Assembly: GCA_002269645.1 (NCBI GenBank)
Contig: NIVC01000712.1
Location: forward strand, 310,001-374,000
Direction of reading: 5' to 3'
DNA: 64,000 nucleotides
From: Macrostomum lignano
Lineage: Eukaryota
In this document: positions 13,401 to 25,400 of the stretch, one piece after another
Position numbering within the stretch: position 1 is the stretch's first letter
Layout: the number at the start of each line of letters is the position of its first letter
Notes under the pieces: generated by a model
Seen by the model: the letters and a program-made list of their open reading frames with translations, nothing else
Database searches by the model: none
Told to the model about the DNA's origin: nothing
Made by a program: the position numbers and the translations under genes

Positions 13401-15931
13401 AGTTTCAGGTGCAGATATTGGTTAGTTTCAGGTGCAGATATTGGGTAGTTTCAGTTGCAGATATTGGTTAGTTTCAGGTGCAGATATTGGGTAGTTTCAG
13501 TTGCAGATATTGGGTAATTATTGGGTAGTTAGGTGGAAAGTGGGGATAGCTTCAGGTGGGAAGTGGGAATAGCTTCAGGTGGGAAATGGGGATAGCTTCA
13601 GGTGGGAAGTGGGAATAGCTTCAGGTGGGAAATGGGGATAGCTTCAGGTGGGAAGTGGGGATAGCTTCAGGTGGGAAATGGGGATAGCTTCAGGTGGGAA
13701 GTGGGGATAGCTTCAGGTGTAAAGTGGGGATAGCTTCAGGTGGGAAGTGGGGATAGCTTCAGGTGGAAAGTGGGGATAGCTTCAAGTGGAAATTGGGGAT
13801 AGCTTCAGGTGTAAAGTGGGGATAGCTTCAGGTGTGAAGTGAGGATAGCTTCAGGTGGAAAGTGGGGATAGCTTCAGGTGGAAATTGGGGATAGCTTCAG
13901 GTGTAAAGTGGGGATAGCTTCAGGTGTAAAGTGGGGATAGCTTCAGGTGTAAAGTGGGGATAGCTTCAGGTGGGAAGTGGGGATAGCTTCAGGTGTAAAG
14001 TGGGGATAGCTTCAGGTGGGAAGTGGGGATAGCTTCAGGTGTAAAGTGGGGATAGCTTCAGGTGTGAAGTGGGGATAGCTTCAGGTGTGAAGTGGGGATA
14101 GCTTCAGGTGGGAAGTGGGGATAGCTTCAGGTGTAAAGTGGGGATAGCTTCAGGTGGGAAGTGGGGATAGCTTCAGGTGTAAAGTGGGGATAGCTTCAGG
14201 TGGGAAGTGGGGATAGCTTCAGGTGTGAAGTGGGGATAGCTTCAGGTGTAAAGTGGGGATAGCTTCAGGTGGGAAGTGGGGATAGCTTCAGGAAGCCCAA
14301 CGCCCCCTACTACTCAATGCTACTCTGCAGAGAACTTCCACCGCCTGGAGAGCATTGTCCGGTCGCAGCGCATGCAGCGTCTGGACCGGATGCGCCGGGA
14401 TTTGAGCGACAGGCACAAACAAAATCGAACCGAATACGTGCGCAACTACATGGGCAGGCCGTTGGAGAAGCTGAGCGTGAGTTGCACTAACAGATACTTA
14501 GCTGACACTACAATATTAACAGCTACTTGCTAAGAAACTTTTGAGCACCTTGACCCAACGCCTTCTGTGGCATTGTCACACACAGCTCCGGCGCTGAGGC
14601 AACTCTGCCAATTCCGCTGGCTCCTGAGCACATGCAAGCAGGCGCGCACTCACACACACGCTCACACACAGCGGCCCTGACCAGGGGTCGTGGCGCGAGA
14701 GTCAGACGCGCTTAGTGCTGAGATGCTCTGTCCACCTTAGCAGGCAGATATTTAGCAAGAGGCCAATTAGGCATAATCTTAAACAGACTCGTCATTTTTG
14801 TATAGGCTTTTTATTATTATTTTTAGTCTTAGATCTTAATCTTAGACAGAGATTAAGACTGGCTATAAGACAGAAAAGTGTAGACAGACAGACAGACAGA
14901 CACTAAAAACAGACACTTATACAGTCACTTATACAGACACCTAAGAGATTACAGACACTCGGGCGGACAGACAGCCACCTAAAACTGACACTTAAGACAG
15001 ACACCTAAGAGAGGACAGACGCTTAAACAGACCGAGATAGACACCCAAGATAGTACAGACACTCGGACAGATAGACAGACACTTCAAACAGACACTTGAG
15101 ACAGGCACTAAGAGAGGACAGACACTCGGACAGATAGACAGACACTTCAAACAGACAGTTGAGACAGACACTTAAAACTGCCACTTATGACAGACACTCA
15201 GACAGACACCTAAAAGAGACAGACACTTCAAACAGACACTTGAGACAGGCACTAAGACAGATACTCGGAAGGACAGACAGACACTTAAAACTGCCACTTA
15301 TGACAGACAGACAGACACCTAAAAGAGACAGATACTTCAAACAAACACTTGAGACAGGCACTAAGACAGACACTCGGAAGGACAGACAGACACTTAAAAC
15401 TGCCACTTATGACAGACAGACAGACACCTAAAAGAGACAGATACTTCAAACAGACACTTGAGACAGGCACTAAGACAGACACTCAGACAGACACTTAAAC
15501 AGACCGATATTGAGACAAGACAGTGGCTAAACAACACGAGCTCATTAATCTGCCCCCGTCTCCAAACTGCACTGCAGGAGTTCTTCGACGGAGTAGAGCA
15601 GAACCTGTCCCGCGGCGTGACCCCAGACGAGGTTGGCTACCTGCAGCAGTACTCCCGGGCTGAGCTGAAGAAGATTATCCGAGATTACCCGGCTAAAGAC
15701 GTGAAGCGCAACCTGGAGCAGCTGCGGAAGAGAGTAGAGAAGCACCTGTCTGAGGAAGGCAGCCTGCTCACGGCTGTGTGGCATGAGATGCAGCAGACTC
15801 TTCTGGCCCAGTACAATCAGTTCAACCGGCTCATTGCCCAGTGCTATCCCAATGCCAATCTGGCTTTGGAGTTCTCCGATCATGATCTGCTGCGATTCTT
15901 TAATGACATCGGCAGCAGAAGCAGTCCCTGA
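2194..15931 (+). CDS. EXOC1: Exocyst complex component 1 (Sec3), 11 exons, predicted 924 aa. Exons: 2194-2332, 3576-3982, 5306-5509, 6464-6898, 8936-9076, 10011-10122, 10210-10382, 10472-10681, 12066-12519, 14331-14476, 15578-15931
   Basis: All introns GT-AG with consistent phases; summed exons 2775 nt. Translation resembles EXOC1 as recalled: PH-like N-terminus KKGDKADSYKRKKTWAL, NAENFVRRLNEQL..NIHALISS, KKSRCGV, KTPPAVVLMENFH, MGRPLEKL, YPAKDVKRNL..VEKHLSEE..LL..VW..MQ, C-terminal QCYP..LEFS..DLL.FF. The exon 8 donor is the least certain. Confidence 0.93.
2360..3545. repeat. Minisatellite, ~28-bp unit (cagcctcccagatcctcagttactgggc) with variants; fills EXOC1 intron 1
   Basis: Direct reading. 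Confidence 0.95.
4527..5060. mobile_element. MITE-like non-coding element, copy 1, rich in GAGTC/GACTC motifs
   Basis: Starts aaaacgttacc and ends gtaccgtttt (short imperfect TIR); clearly similar to 5754-6098. Confidence 0.6.
5560..6372 (+). mobile_element. Possible non-autonomous retroposon remnant ending in (AAC)n, interrupted by the MITE at 5754-6098
   Basis: GC-richer non-coding block in EXOC1 intron 3 ending tttaacaacaacaa; boundaries approximate, class uncertain. Confidence 0.25.
5754..6098. mobile_element. MITE-like non-coding element, copy 2 (shorter, internally deleted relative to copy 1)
   Basis: Same ends (aaaacgttacc ... taccgtttt) and shared internal blocks such as gcaaacaact.tctagtgact and gcgactgttgcgtc. 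Confidence 0.6.
6925..7527. repeat. (GTTA)n microsatellite with GTGA/GTAG interruptions
   Basis: Direct reading. Confidence 0.97.
7546..8286 (-). mobile_element. Probable solo LTR (741 bp)
   Basis: Begins and ends with TGATCA (TG..CA); flanked by near-identical 5-mers attgg (7541-45) and attag (8287-91); TATAAATA on the minus strand; a related block lies at about 44680-44750. Confidence 0.5.
8306..8752. mobile_element. MITE with ~65-bp imperfect TIRs and an 8-bp TSD
   Basis: Left cgcagatactagaatgactagat...ctactttcagttcagtag is the inverted match of right ctactgaactgaaagtag...atctagtcattttagtatgtgtg; gtcctacg is repeated at 8298-8305 and 8753-8760. Confidence 0.7.
9225..9905. repeat. Minisatellite, ~21-bp unit (ggtcctttcttgtccatcaga); EXOC1 intron 5
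   Basis: Direct reading. Confidence 0.93.
10780..12050. repeat. Minisatellite, 23-bp unit (aatcagcatagaagaatcgcccc); EXOC1 intron 8
   Basis: Direct reading. Confidence 0.97.
12565..13525. repeat. Minisatellite, 23-bp unit (gcagatattgggtagtttcagtt); EXOC1 intron 9, first array
   Basis: Direct reading. Confidence 0.97.
13530..14292. repeat. Minisatellite, 23-bp unit (gatagcttcaggtgggaagtggg); EXOC1 intron 9, second array
   Basis: Direct reading. Confidence 0.97.
14875..15510. repeat. Degenerate gacagacac-rich compound repeat; EXOC1 intron 10
   Basis: Repeated blocks such as gacagacagacacttaaaactgccacttat. Confidence 0.8.
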
Positions 15932-17673
15932 TATGTTCAGCCTGTTGTTTTGTAACTGATTTATAAATTTATTAAAGTGACCATTGGATAAACAATATAG
16001 AAGTCGATGTTTATAAAGCAGGATTTCTATGAGAGAGGCTGCTGCTGGCAACCATCTTTGTGTGCTGATGTCTATGGCTGAACCATCAACTTGCTTGCCT
16101 TTTCCAGTCTATGTCTATGGTCAAGACCAACTCTACTGCTGAGGTGCCATAGAATAAGATTGTGTGCCACTAAAAAAAGGACACTGCGTTTAACTTGTCA
16201 ACAGTATCTATAGCCATATAAGGATAGTTCTCCAGATGAAATCTAAGGTATAGTTTTACCAACATCCATTTTTTGGCTCTTCATATATCTAACAGTGGTT
16301 GGGCCATAGACAAAAGCTATTTTGTCTTCCATAAGCTCCATTCGAAATAAATGGTTTGACGAAATCAAACGTAGAGTGGACCAATAATTTACTAAGAATA
16401 AATTGAACCGTAGTAATTGAAATTTTGTCTATGACTCAACTCTCTTCCCATCAGCGAATCGTAAACACAGATTTTTCAGACTTGCACTAAATATAATAGT
16501 TTTTGCTTCAGCGCCCTAACTATACCTCTGTTCAACTAGCTACCAGATTACGCTCGTATCTTGATGTCCTTCAATTCAAGCGCTGTTTAAAGTCCTCTTG
16601 TATGATGTCGTGTACTATTCTAACCACTATTCTGTACCTATGAAATGGATTAATTAGTGATTTTACCGATTATTTCAACTGAACCTATATTATATCATCG
16701 CTTTGAATAATTATCACCCCCCAGAATACTCGCCCAGCCTTGCTGATGATGTTATACTTTTTAAACGGTGCAACGAAAGTTAACAAAACCGTCATCTCGT
16801 CACCTCGTCATCTGTCATTGTCGAAGGCCTCAGCAAAGGCCGTCCGTGTCCGTGACCCCCTCCCAGCCAGTGTTGACCTGCTGCTCAGTGGGACCCAAAA
16901 CCAATCATCGGGATGCCGGTCTTGGCCAAGTGGTCATTGTTCCTCCAGGATGCACGCTATCATGCGTTGTCTTGGTTGTGGGACCCACCTTAGTAGACAC
17001 GATGCCTTAGCTGATTCTTTAGTTGTGTGTCAATTTTTTATCAAACCAGTAAAACCATTTTGTACAAGCCTCGTACAAAAATGTACACTCAAATTTACGG
17101 AGGGCGAGGCGCCTCGTTTCCTGGAAAATTGATCAAGTTTTCTAAGAAAGCCGGTAACCCCGTGCTATTTCTAAATACAGTATAAAAATTGTAATTATTG
17201 GATTATTCATCAATTTAAAAGGCGTGCTCTGATGTGATTACAAAATAAACAGTTTCTTAATTGGTGTTTTGTTGCAAAGACTTTAATTAATCAGTCTTTC
17301 CCGCAGTCATTCCGAACTAATAAATTTTGCATGTACTTATTAGTACAATATTTTGTTACTTAGAATACCGTTCTTGTATCATAAGAAAATGTGTTCAAAA
17401 CGTTATGTACGCTAAGCAATTACGCTTTGAAATACAAATTCAATGTGCACTGCAATTCACATTCTGGTGGCATAAAATGAATTATTTTCGTCATAATTAA
17501 ATTTATTTAATTTTAAATTTACTAGGGCATGTACTATTTGTCTAGTTTTTAAAAAATATTTTGGCTAGAATGTCATAATTTATAATAAACTAGTTTAGAA
17601 TTCATTATTGATTTTGACAAATCACATAGTGGAACCGTTATTTTACTTATTCTTCAATTGTAAATACTCGTTA

Positions 17674-19165
17674 CTTACTTACTTACTACTGACGGGGGGC
17701 GCAGGCGCCGCGAATAGGCCGCGAGGCCCCTATCGCAACCCCAAGGTAAAAGAGCACAAGGATTAGCCTTGGGGGTGCGCCCAGTCCCCGCCAGTAGTCG
17801 GCAGGTCCGCAGTGGAGGCATCGGCGACCCTCATCCGGCCGGAGTCCCGGACGAAGGCGCGGAGGTCTCGGATATTGTCCGCGGTGGTCAGCTCGTCCAT
17901 CCGCTGGGGGTGGCCGAGGTATTTGTGCCGCGCCTTGTTGAAGTAAGGGCAGAAGGTGACGTGATGCTCCGCGGTCTCCTCTCCTATGCCACAGAAGGGA
18001 CAGGTGGGAGGGCAACCGGTTTGCAACGATATATGTCTCTGGAAGAATCCGTGGCCGGTTAGGACCATGCACATCTCCCTGAGGTCGGTTCTGTTAAGCG
18101 AAATCAGATAATCAGAGACTTTCCTGTTCAGGTTAGGCATGGCAGAGCGGCTCTGCCTGTACTCGGTGCAGCTGTTCCAGTGGAGCTGGTGCTGCTGATG
18201 GAGCCACCTGTTGATATGGCGGGTGACTTGCGACCTGGGGGTGGGTAGCCTCATCAGACGGTGGTTGCCGTCTGGGTTGCTGCCCTCCTTGGCGAGAGAG
18301 TCCGCGAGCTCGTTGCCCAGGATGTTGCTGTGACCAGGTGTCCAGATAATTCTAATCCTGTTAAGGACTGAGAGAGATTGCACACTGCGGTGGCATTGAG
18401 ATACTGTAGCAGCGGAGATATTCTCAGTGGTTAAGGCCTTAATAGCAGCTTGGCTATCAGTGTAGAAATTAATGTCAAAATTATTAATGTTCGCCTGAAA
18501 CAGTTGCTGGGCACACTGCTCAATGGCGCAAATTTCAGCTTGGAAAACTGAGGTGTTCTCACCGAGGTGCAGACTTTCCTGGAGAAGCATCTTACCCTCG
18601 TGGAAAATGGCAATACCCGCTCCAGCGCGGCCGTTGAACAGCGAGCCGTCGGTGAAGCAGTGAATGCCCTGGCTGCGCCGGTTCACACCGACATCCAGCG
18701 GAATGTTGTCTCGGCCAGGGATGGCGGTCTTGAAGCCCCTCCTGATGTTGAGGGCGGGAGGTCGACTATCCACATTGCCCAGGTCCATGTGGATGTTGTT
18801 AAGGTCGCGGCGGACAAAGTCCATATGCGGGATTAATGTTTTCATTGGCATAAAGCCAGAGGGCGCGTTATTTAACGTTTTATCTCTGATAAGCCGGGAG
18901 GCAGACTTCATAGCCTCCGCCCTAATAAATAGGTGAAGCGGAGGTAGGTTAAGGATAGTGTTCAGCCCCTCGTAAGGGGTGGACGGGTACGCACCTGTGA
19001 TGGCACGGCAAATGCTGCCCTGAAGCTGGTACAGCCGCTGACGGGCGGCCTTCTGCTCCAGCACGCTAGTCCAGATGAGACTCGCGTATGTGATACTGGG
19101 CCGGATGATGCCGGTATAAATCCAACGGACCGTTCTAGGCGAGAGGCCCCAAGTCGGCCCGATGG
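17674..19165 (-). mobile_element. 5'-truncated non-LTR retrotransposon (Loa/R1-group-like) with RNase H, CCHC finger, (TAAG)n tail and a 14-bp TSD
   Basis: gtaaatactcgtta at 17660-17673 and 19166-19179; (ttac)n on the + strand at the 3' end; open frame throughout. Confidence 0.9.
17763..19165 (-). CDS. C-terminal part of LINE ORF2: RT thumb/connection, RNase H, CCHC zinc finger
   Basis: [29 protein letters not shown]; FTDGS; [11 protein letters not shown]; FYTDSQAAI; [21 protein letters not shown]; LTGHG; [15 protein letters not shown]. Confidence 0.9.
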
Positions 19166-19309
19166 GTAAATACTCGTTAAAACTACTTCATAGTTAGTAG
19201 CTGATAGGAGCATAATGCCATTTGTTTTATCTTATTCAATATAATAATTTATTAGATAACAAGCTACCAATTAAGTTTCCTGTGAAAACGACAGCTTTCA
19301 AGGTTCACA

Positions 19310-19447
19310 AGGGAGTTGCTGAGATGCCAAGGCTTAATGGGGGAGTTGCTGAGATGCCAAGGCTCAATGGGGATTTGCTGAGATGCCAAGGTTCACAAGG
19401 GAGTTGCTGAGATGCCAAGGCTTAATGGGGGAGTTGCTGAGATGCTA
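19310..19447. repeat. Short tandem repeat (gggagttgctgagatgccaagg...), about 4-5 units
   Basis: Direct reading. Confidence 0.8.
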
Positions 19448-19695
19448 AAGATAAAATTTTTGGTTTATTATTTTACAGGTGCCTTTTAGATTTAGTACAA
19501 GTTTCTAAAGTAAAATGTAAAGCACATCGAATAAGGGATTTATAGTAGGCTTGTGTAAAATGGTAATTGCATAAATTTCTGTACAATATCAGTGACAGTT
19601 TTATATTTCTCATTAAATTTTCGTATTTTTTGATTGATAATAAATATTTTAATAAAGCTAGAGATGCCCTATTAATGGAGTCCACTAGCCAGCAT

Positions 19696-20118
19696 TCACA
19701 GCAGGCATCTGCAATAGAACTGCAATCCAAAGCAACCCGAAGCCAACAATAGAATGCCAATAACTGATTCCACTTTAATGAACAGTTGGTCAGGATGCTT
19801 AGGCAGGTAGATGCAGCTCACTATGACCATGCAGAGACCCAGCAGCAGCAGTACTATAGTTAGAAACAGCAGGCAGGCATACTGATTGGCTATTCGATAG
19901 CTGTTCGAGTCGTAGATATTTTTGATGTTCAACTCTTCGTCGTCGAACATACTACCGCCGACGAAGTAGTTTTCCAATCGCATTTTGATCTCTTTAGGCC
20001 AGAAGCACAAGTAGAATAGGATGTACTTGCGCACGCAGTCGCCTGGAGGTTGGAGTGAACGGATTTGAGTCAAATTCAGTTTTGGACAGAGGCTTGTGCA
20101 CTTCTCGCCCCTGTGCAC
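19696..20118 (-). CDS. Possible exon/ORF encoding a small two-TM protein of unknown family; 5' end unresolved
   Basis: 140-codon open frame with two hydrophobic stretches (ACLLFLTIVLLLLGLCMVIVSCIYL; VIGILLLASGCFGL), preceded by ctgtag. Confidence 0.4.
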   Translation of the reverse strand: MHRGEKCTSLCPKLNLTQIRSLQPPGDCVRKYILFYLCFWPKEIKMRLENYFVGGSMFDDEELNIKNIYDSNSYRIANQYACLLFLTIVLLLLGLCMVIVSCIYLPKHPDQLFIKVESVIGILLLASGCFGLQFYCRCLL

Positions 20119-20333
20119 CTACAGCCTTAGTGTCAGCGGAACGTCACTCATCATGACTGCAAAAGGCTCCCCTTGCTAACAAACTACTTCATTTATATGG
20201 TTTGTATTCGTCAATTCTTTTCTATGGCGTAGTTATTTTTCTGGCTATTTGGTCCCCAAGGGACAGAGTGTACATCTCTGTGTAGAAGTCCAGGGTCGCT
20301 GTACACCCAGCTGTGTGTATATGATCTCGGGAG

Positions 20334-21101
20334 TCAGCAGAATGGGCAGAATTGCCTCAGCATTTTTGTGACAATGTCGCAGATGGCGTTGCCTAAAGTT
20401 CAAAGAAGCGGTACAACTCACCAAGCCACCAGTCAAAAAAGGTAGTCCACACGCAGGAGATGCACAGATCAAGGAAGTAGGCGCACACCTTGCACAGGAT
20501 GGCGCACAGTGGTATACAGCAGCAGAGGCAGCCGAAGCACCTGCCGCAGGTCCTGCTGCACAGGCCGCCGTGCAGCAGGTACATGATTCGCTCATTAATA
20601 CGCGATGCTTCCAATCGTGCAGCGAGTTCGAGTTCTTCGTTGAGCATTTTTTCGTGGAATGGATTAACAATCCATTTGTTGAACCACGGCACGTTGCACT
20701 GGACAGTGTGAAAGTCGAATCCAGCTCTGGGGTTTTTTAAAAGAGTTTTTTTAATTTGGAAACTTTCCTACTAGCATTGGGTAGTATATTTACAGCAGGG
20801 CTCACATGAGAAACTGATTCACAAGGTACTGTAGCACGATTCCATAGTCCTGGTACTCGGGCAAGATCCCAATTTTAATTCCTTCAATTGTGGCTTTGCG
20901 AATCTGCTTTGACGATGGGATCACCACCTTGCCGTGAGTCGCTTGCTCACTGCTCGATTCAGCTTCATCGCTGCTGCTGTCCTTTTTTGATTCGTCCGCG
21001 TATCCTTCTTCCTCGCCGCCGAGCATCAGGTCCGCTTGTTCATCAGTGTTGTGCTGCTGACCCAGCTGAGGCTGCATGTCCATGTCGATTACCCAGCTCA
21101 T
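20334..21101 (-). CDS. Orphan protein, ~219 aa, acidic N-terminus and Cys-rich hydrophobic C-terminus; exons 21101-20806, 20726-20422, 20392-20334
   Basis: Phase-consistent GT-AG introns of 79 and 29 nt; C-terminal CSRTCGRCFGCLCCCIPLCAILCKVC...FCPFC. Confidence 0.6.
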
Positions 21102-21474
21102 GCCTATTAGACTTTATCTGGCAGGTGTCAATTATTTAATAATTCATAAATAAATTAAGGTATTCAATCAAAAACTCTATTGCTCATTTTTTAACAAAAA
21201 GTATTTGAGTCGTTTTCTCTGTAGCGTGTAAACTGCCGCAAGTTCGACCATAGACTTTGTCTTAAAATTGTAATATTAATGCTTGAATAACAATGAAAAC
21301 CGGGCGGAAGATTCAATCCATCCCATCTTCGCCCTCCGCTCTGAAATTCCCAATTCCTCCTCACCCAAGCACAATAAATTCACAAGAAATTCATGAATTT
21401 ACTGCTCACTCTCAAAGGTGGCTTGCTATCTATATTTTAGCGGTTTGTACAAACTATTAGTCAGAGTGCCGAGG

Positions 21475-21545
21475 CACAGATACTAAAATACACTAGATGG
21501 CTCACTCAGCCATATTTAGTTAAACTACTCTCTGTTCGGTAGTAT
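21475..21545 (+). mobile_element. Isolated end of the same MITE family as 8306-8752
   Basis: cacagatactaaaatacactagatggctcactc resembles the left TIR cgcagatactagaatgactagataggccactc; no partner end found. Confidence 0.4.
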
Positions 21546-22422
21546 GAGCATAAAAAGCAAACTTTTATTAGTTCAAATAGCACTCCACCATGTAGTGGAT
21601 TTTTTTGATCCACTGCCAGGCTTGGCCATAGATAAAATAATTAAAATCAGCAAAGTTGCGCACGTGTGACTTATCAAATATTTTGCATATCAAGACAAAA
21701 AATAAAGCAGATAATACGTTGATGCCGCTAGATAGAGAGTAGTAAGTTTAGTTGACACGAAGATATAGAATCTGTGGGTAGAGGTGAGGATGCGTAGGGT
21801 GTTGCACGTGCAACTTGATTCCAATTCCAAACGATATTACCGTCAGTCACTTACACAAGTCCATCAAGCTACATTTCAGTAATTGCTGTCCGAGAGACCT
21901 TATGTATTTTCTAGACTGAAATTGTATTTTGTAAAACCATATTTAACGTATGATAAAAAAGAAATCTTTGCAAACAAGTTACGCCAAAAGAACACGACGA
22001 AAAAAACATATTGAGCCTATAGTGTGTATTGTGTTGTAGAGCGGCCGTGACCTCTTGTTATTTTCCGGGGCTCGACCCTGGCGCGCATTAAGTTGCGGGC
22101 CCTCGAGCCGTGACCGCAGGGTTGCTCAATAACAGTATGTGTTTTTCCTAGAATATACTGTCTGTCAATTTGGCAGGAAAGACGTAATTACCATGAGTTG
22201 ATTTGTTTGCAAGAACAGTTGAAGGTCATTTGTATTTTCCTTCGCGACAGCCCATTTTTTATCTATTCTAAACAAGTTGCACGTATTGCTTCGTGTGCGC
22301 TGTTCTGTGCGACGATATTACCGATTGCAGATAGCAAAACTTTGTTTATAGTTTCTCTTCTCGTAATTTTAGTCTCTGACTTGTCGCTTTTTCAGCAGTT
22401 CTGACTAAATAGCGGCCCTGAC

Positions 22423-25400
22423 ATGGGAAAGCTGATCATTGACACCGACTGCGGCCTTGACGATGCCAATGCTATTCTGCTGGCGCTCAGCCATCCAGAC
22501 ACTCAGGTGCTGGCCATCACCATGGTTGATGGCAACACCTGTCTGGATAATGTGGTGCAGAATGTACTTCGAGTTCTGCGAGCGGCTGGCAGGCAGGATG
22601 TGAGTTCGAATCTATGCTCAATTCTATTGCTGTCTGCTATGTAGCAAGAAGTTTTTGTCGCCTTTTTAGGACTTAGGGGGCTGCAGCTCGTGCTCAGAGT
22701 GTCGGACTAACCACTGAAAGGTCAGGGGTTCGATTCTCGACCCACTTGGAACAATTTGTGTCCTTGAGCAAGACACCCAATTGTAAAATGGGATAAGCCA
22801 GCATTAGATGGGGTAATTAATGGTGGGTGTGTGGCGACCCGCGACCCCCCCCCTTAGTCCTTGGACCGAACAGCCGTACGCAGCCTTCAGATGCGCCGCG
22901 CAATAGCTGCGGCTGAGCTGTCGGTTGCACATCTGGCATTAAGGCAGATAAATAATAGTTATTATTTAGGACTGAAAATAAGTGAATGTACTATTTTATA
23001 TGAAAAAGTTAAGCATTAACAATAATCATTAGATAGGTGTTTATAGTGACTTACCCTGGACGGCAGGATCTTCGTTAGCAGATCAGTGCAGTATAACTGA
23101 TATCATTGCTGATAGACCACGAATAAAATAAACAATTTTAATAATAAAGTTTTGTCTTTAATCTATTGTCAGTAGAAATACAAGTAAATTACGACTATAA
23201 TTTTAAAATATATATCATAATGATTGTTATTTTGCGTATCTGGATACTAAGGTTAAAAATGTATTCCTGTTCTGTACATTTCTGAATTCTTGTCCGCGCA
23301 GATTCCCATCTACCGCGGCTCCGCCTGCAGCATGTTGAATCTGCCACGAAAATGCGCCAGCGACTACCACGGCGAGGACGGGCTGGGCGACTTCCCGGAT
23401 CATGAGCCCGTCAGCACAGAGCAGCTGCAGCAGGAGCACGCTGTGTGGGCGCTGGTGCGGCTGCTGCGGGAGCACGATGGTGGGTGTGGGTTTGGTGTGG
23501 GGTCTGGTGTGGGGTTTGGTGTGGTTTCTGGTGTGGGGTTTGCTGTGGTTCCTGGTGTGGAGTTTGGTGTGATTCCTGGTGTAGGGTTTGGTGTGGTTTC
23601 TGGTGTGGGGTTTGGTGTGATTCCTGGTGTGGGGTTTGGTGTGGTTTCTGGTGTGGGGTTTGGTGTGATTCCTGGTGTGGGGTTTGGTGTGGTTTCTGGT
23701 GTGGGGTTTGGTGTGATTCCTGGTGTGGGGTTTGGTGTGGTTTCTGGTGTGGGGTTTGGTGTGATTCCTGGTGTGGGGTTTGGTGTGGTTTCTGGTGTGG
23801 GGTTTGGTGTGGTTCCTGGTGTGGAGTTTGGTGTGATTCCTGGTGTAGGTTTGGTGTGGTTTCTGGTGTGGGGTTTGGTGTGATTCCTGGTGTAGGGTTT
23901 GGTGTGGTTTCTGGTGTGGGGTTTGGTGTGATTCCTGGTGTAGGGTTTGGTGTGGTTTCTGGTGTGGGGTTTGGTGTGATTCCTGGTGTGGGGTTTGGTG
24001 TGGTTTCTGGTGTGGGGTTTGGTGTGATTCCTGGTGTGGGGTTTGGTGTGGTTTCTGGTGTGGGGTTTGGTGTGGGGTTTAGTGTGGTTCCTGGTGTGGG
24101 TTTTGGTGTGGTTTCTGGTGTGGGGTTTGGTGTGGGGTTTAGTGTGGTTCCTGGTGTGGGGTTTGGTGTGGTTTCTGGTGTGGGGTTTGGTGTGGGGTTT
24201 GGTGTGGTTCCTGGTGTGGGTTTTGGTGTGGTTTCTGGTGTGGGGTTTGGTGTGGGGTTTAATGTGGTTCCTGGTGTGGGGTTTAGTGCGGTTTCTGGTG
24301 TGGGTTTTGGTGCGGTTTCTGGTGTGGGTTTTGGTGTGGTTTCTGGTGTGGGTTTTGGTGTGGTTTCTGGTGTGGGTTCTGGTGTGGTTTCTGGTGTGGG
24401 GTTTGGTGTGGGGTTTAGTGTGGTTCCTGGTGTGGGTTTTGGTGTGTGGTTTCTGGTTTGGGGTCTGGTGTGGGGTTTGGTGTATTGTCTGGTATGGTGT
24501 TGGGTATGGGTTTTGTGTTAAGCGTATGGGATCTGGTATGGGTTAGTTTGTGTAGATGCGCTGATAAGGATATGGGTTGGGATCAGGAAAAATAGGGGAT
24601 CGGAAGCAGATTTATTGAAGGTTCTCAATAAATAAACAAAGTCGATCACTGTGTAAGAGAGGCTTCTGCTTATCCCGCCGCAGACGTTGACCTCGTCTGC
24701 CTTGGCCCGCTGACCAATCTGGCCCTGGCCATCCGCCTGGAGCCCGCGCTTGGCAACAGGATCCGCCGGCTCTGCATCATGGGCGGAAACTACAAAGGTA
24801 GTGGATTGCGGCATTCACACACCTGATTGCAGGCCCAAGAGCCACTAGATTACAACTCAGGGGCCACTAGATTACAACCCAGGTGCCACTAGATTACAAC
24901 CCAGGTGCCACTAGATTACAACCCAGGTGCCACTAGATTACAACCCAGGTGCCACTCACTAGATTACAACCCAATTAGCTACTAGATTACAACCCAAGTA
25001 GCCACTAGATTACAACCCTATTAGCTACTAGATTACAACCCAAGTAGCAACTAGATTACAACCCAATTAGCCACTAGATTACAACCCAATTAGCCACTAG
25101 ATTGCAACCCAATTAGCCACTAGATTACAACCCAACTAGCCACTAGATTACAACCCAATTAGCCACTAGATTACAACCCAATTAGCCACTAGATTACAAC
25201 CCTAGTAGCTACTTTAATGCAACCCAATTAGCTACTAGATTACAACCCCATTAGCCACTAGATTACAATCAAATTAGCTACCAGATTACAACCCAATTAG
25301 CCACTAGATTACAACCCAATTAGCTACTCATTTCGCAGGCAAGGGCAACATCACTATGACAGGCGAATTCAATTTTTACCGCGACCCCGAGGCCGCACAC

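Noticed and set aside
10780-14292. CRISPR-like arrays
   Set aside because: Head-to-tail units without unique spacers, eukaryotic introns, and no cas genes; the same applies to all other arrays
23445-24546. Gly/Val/Trp-rich ORFs
   Set aside because: GT-rich minisatellite in nucleoside hydrolase intron 2
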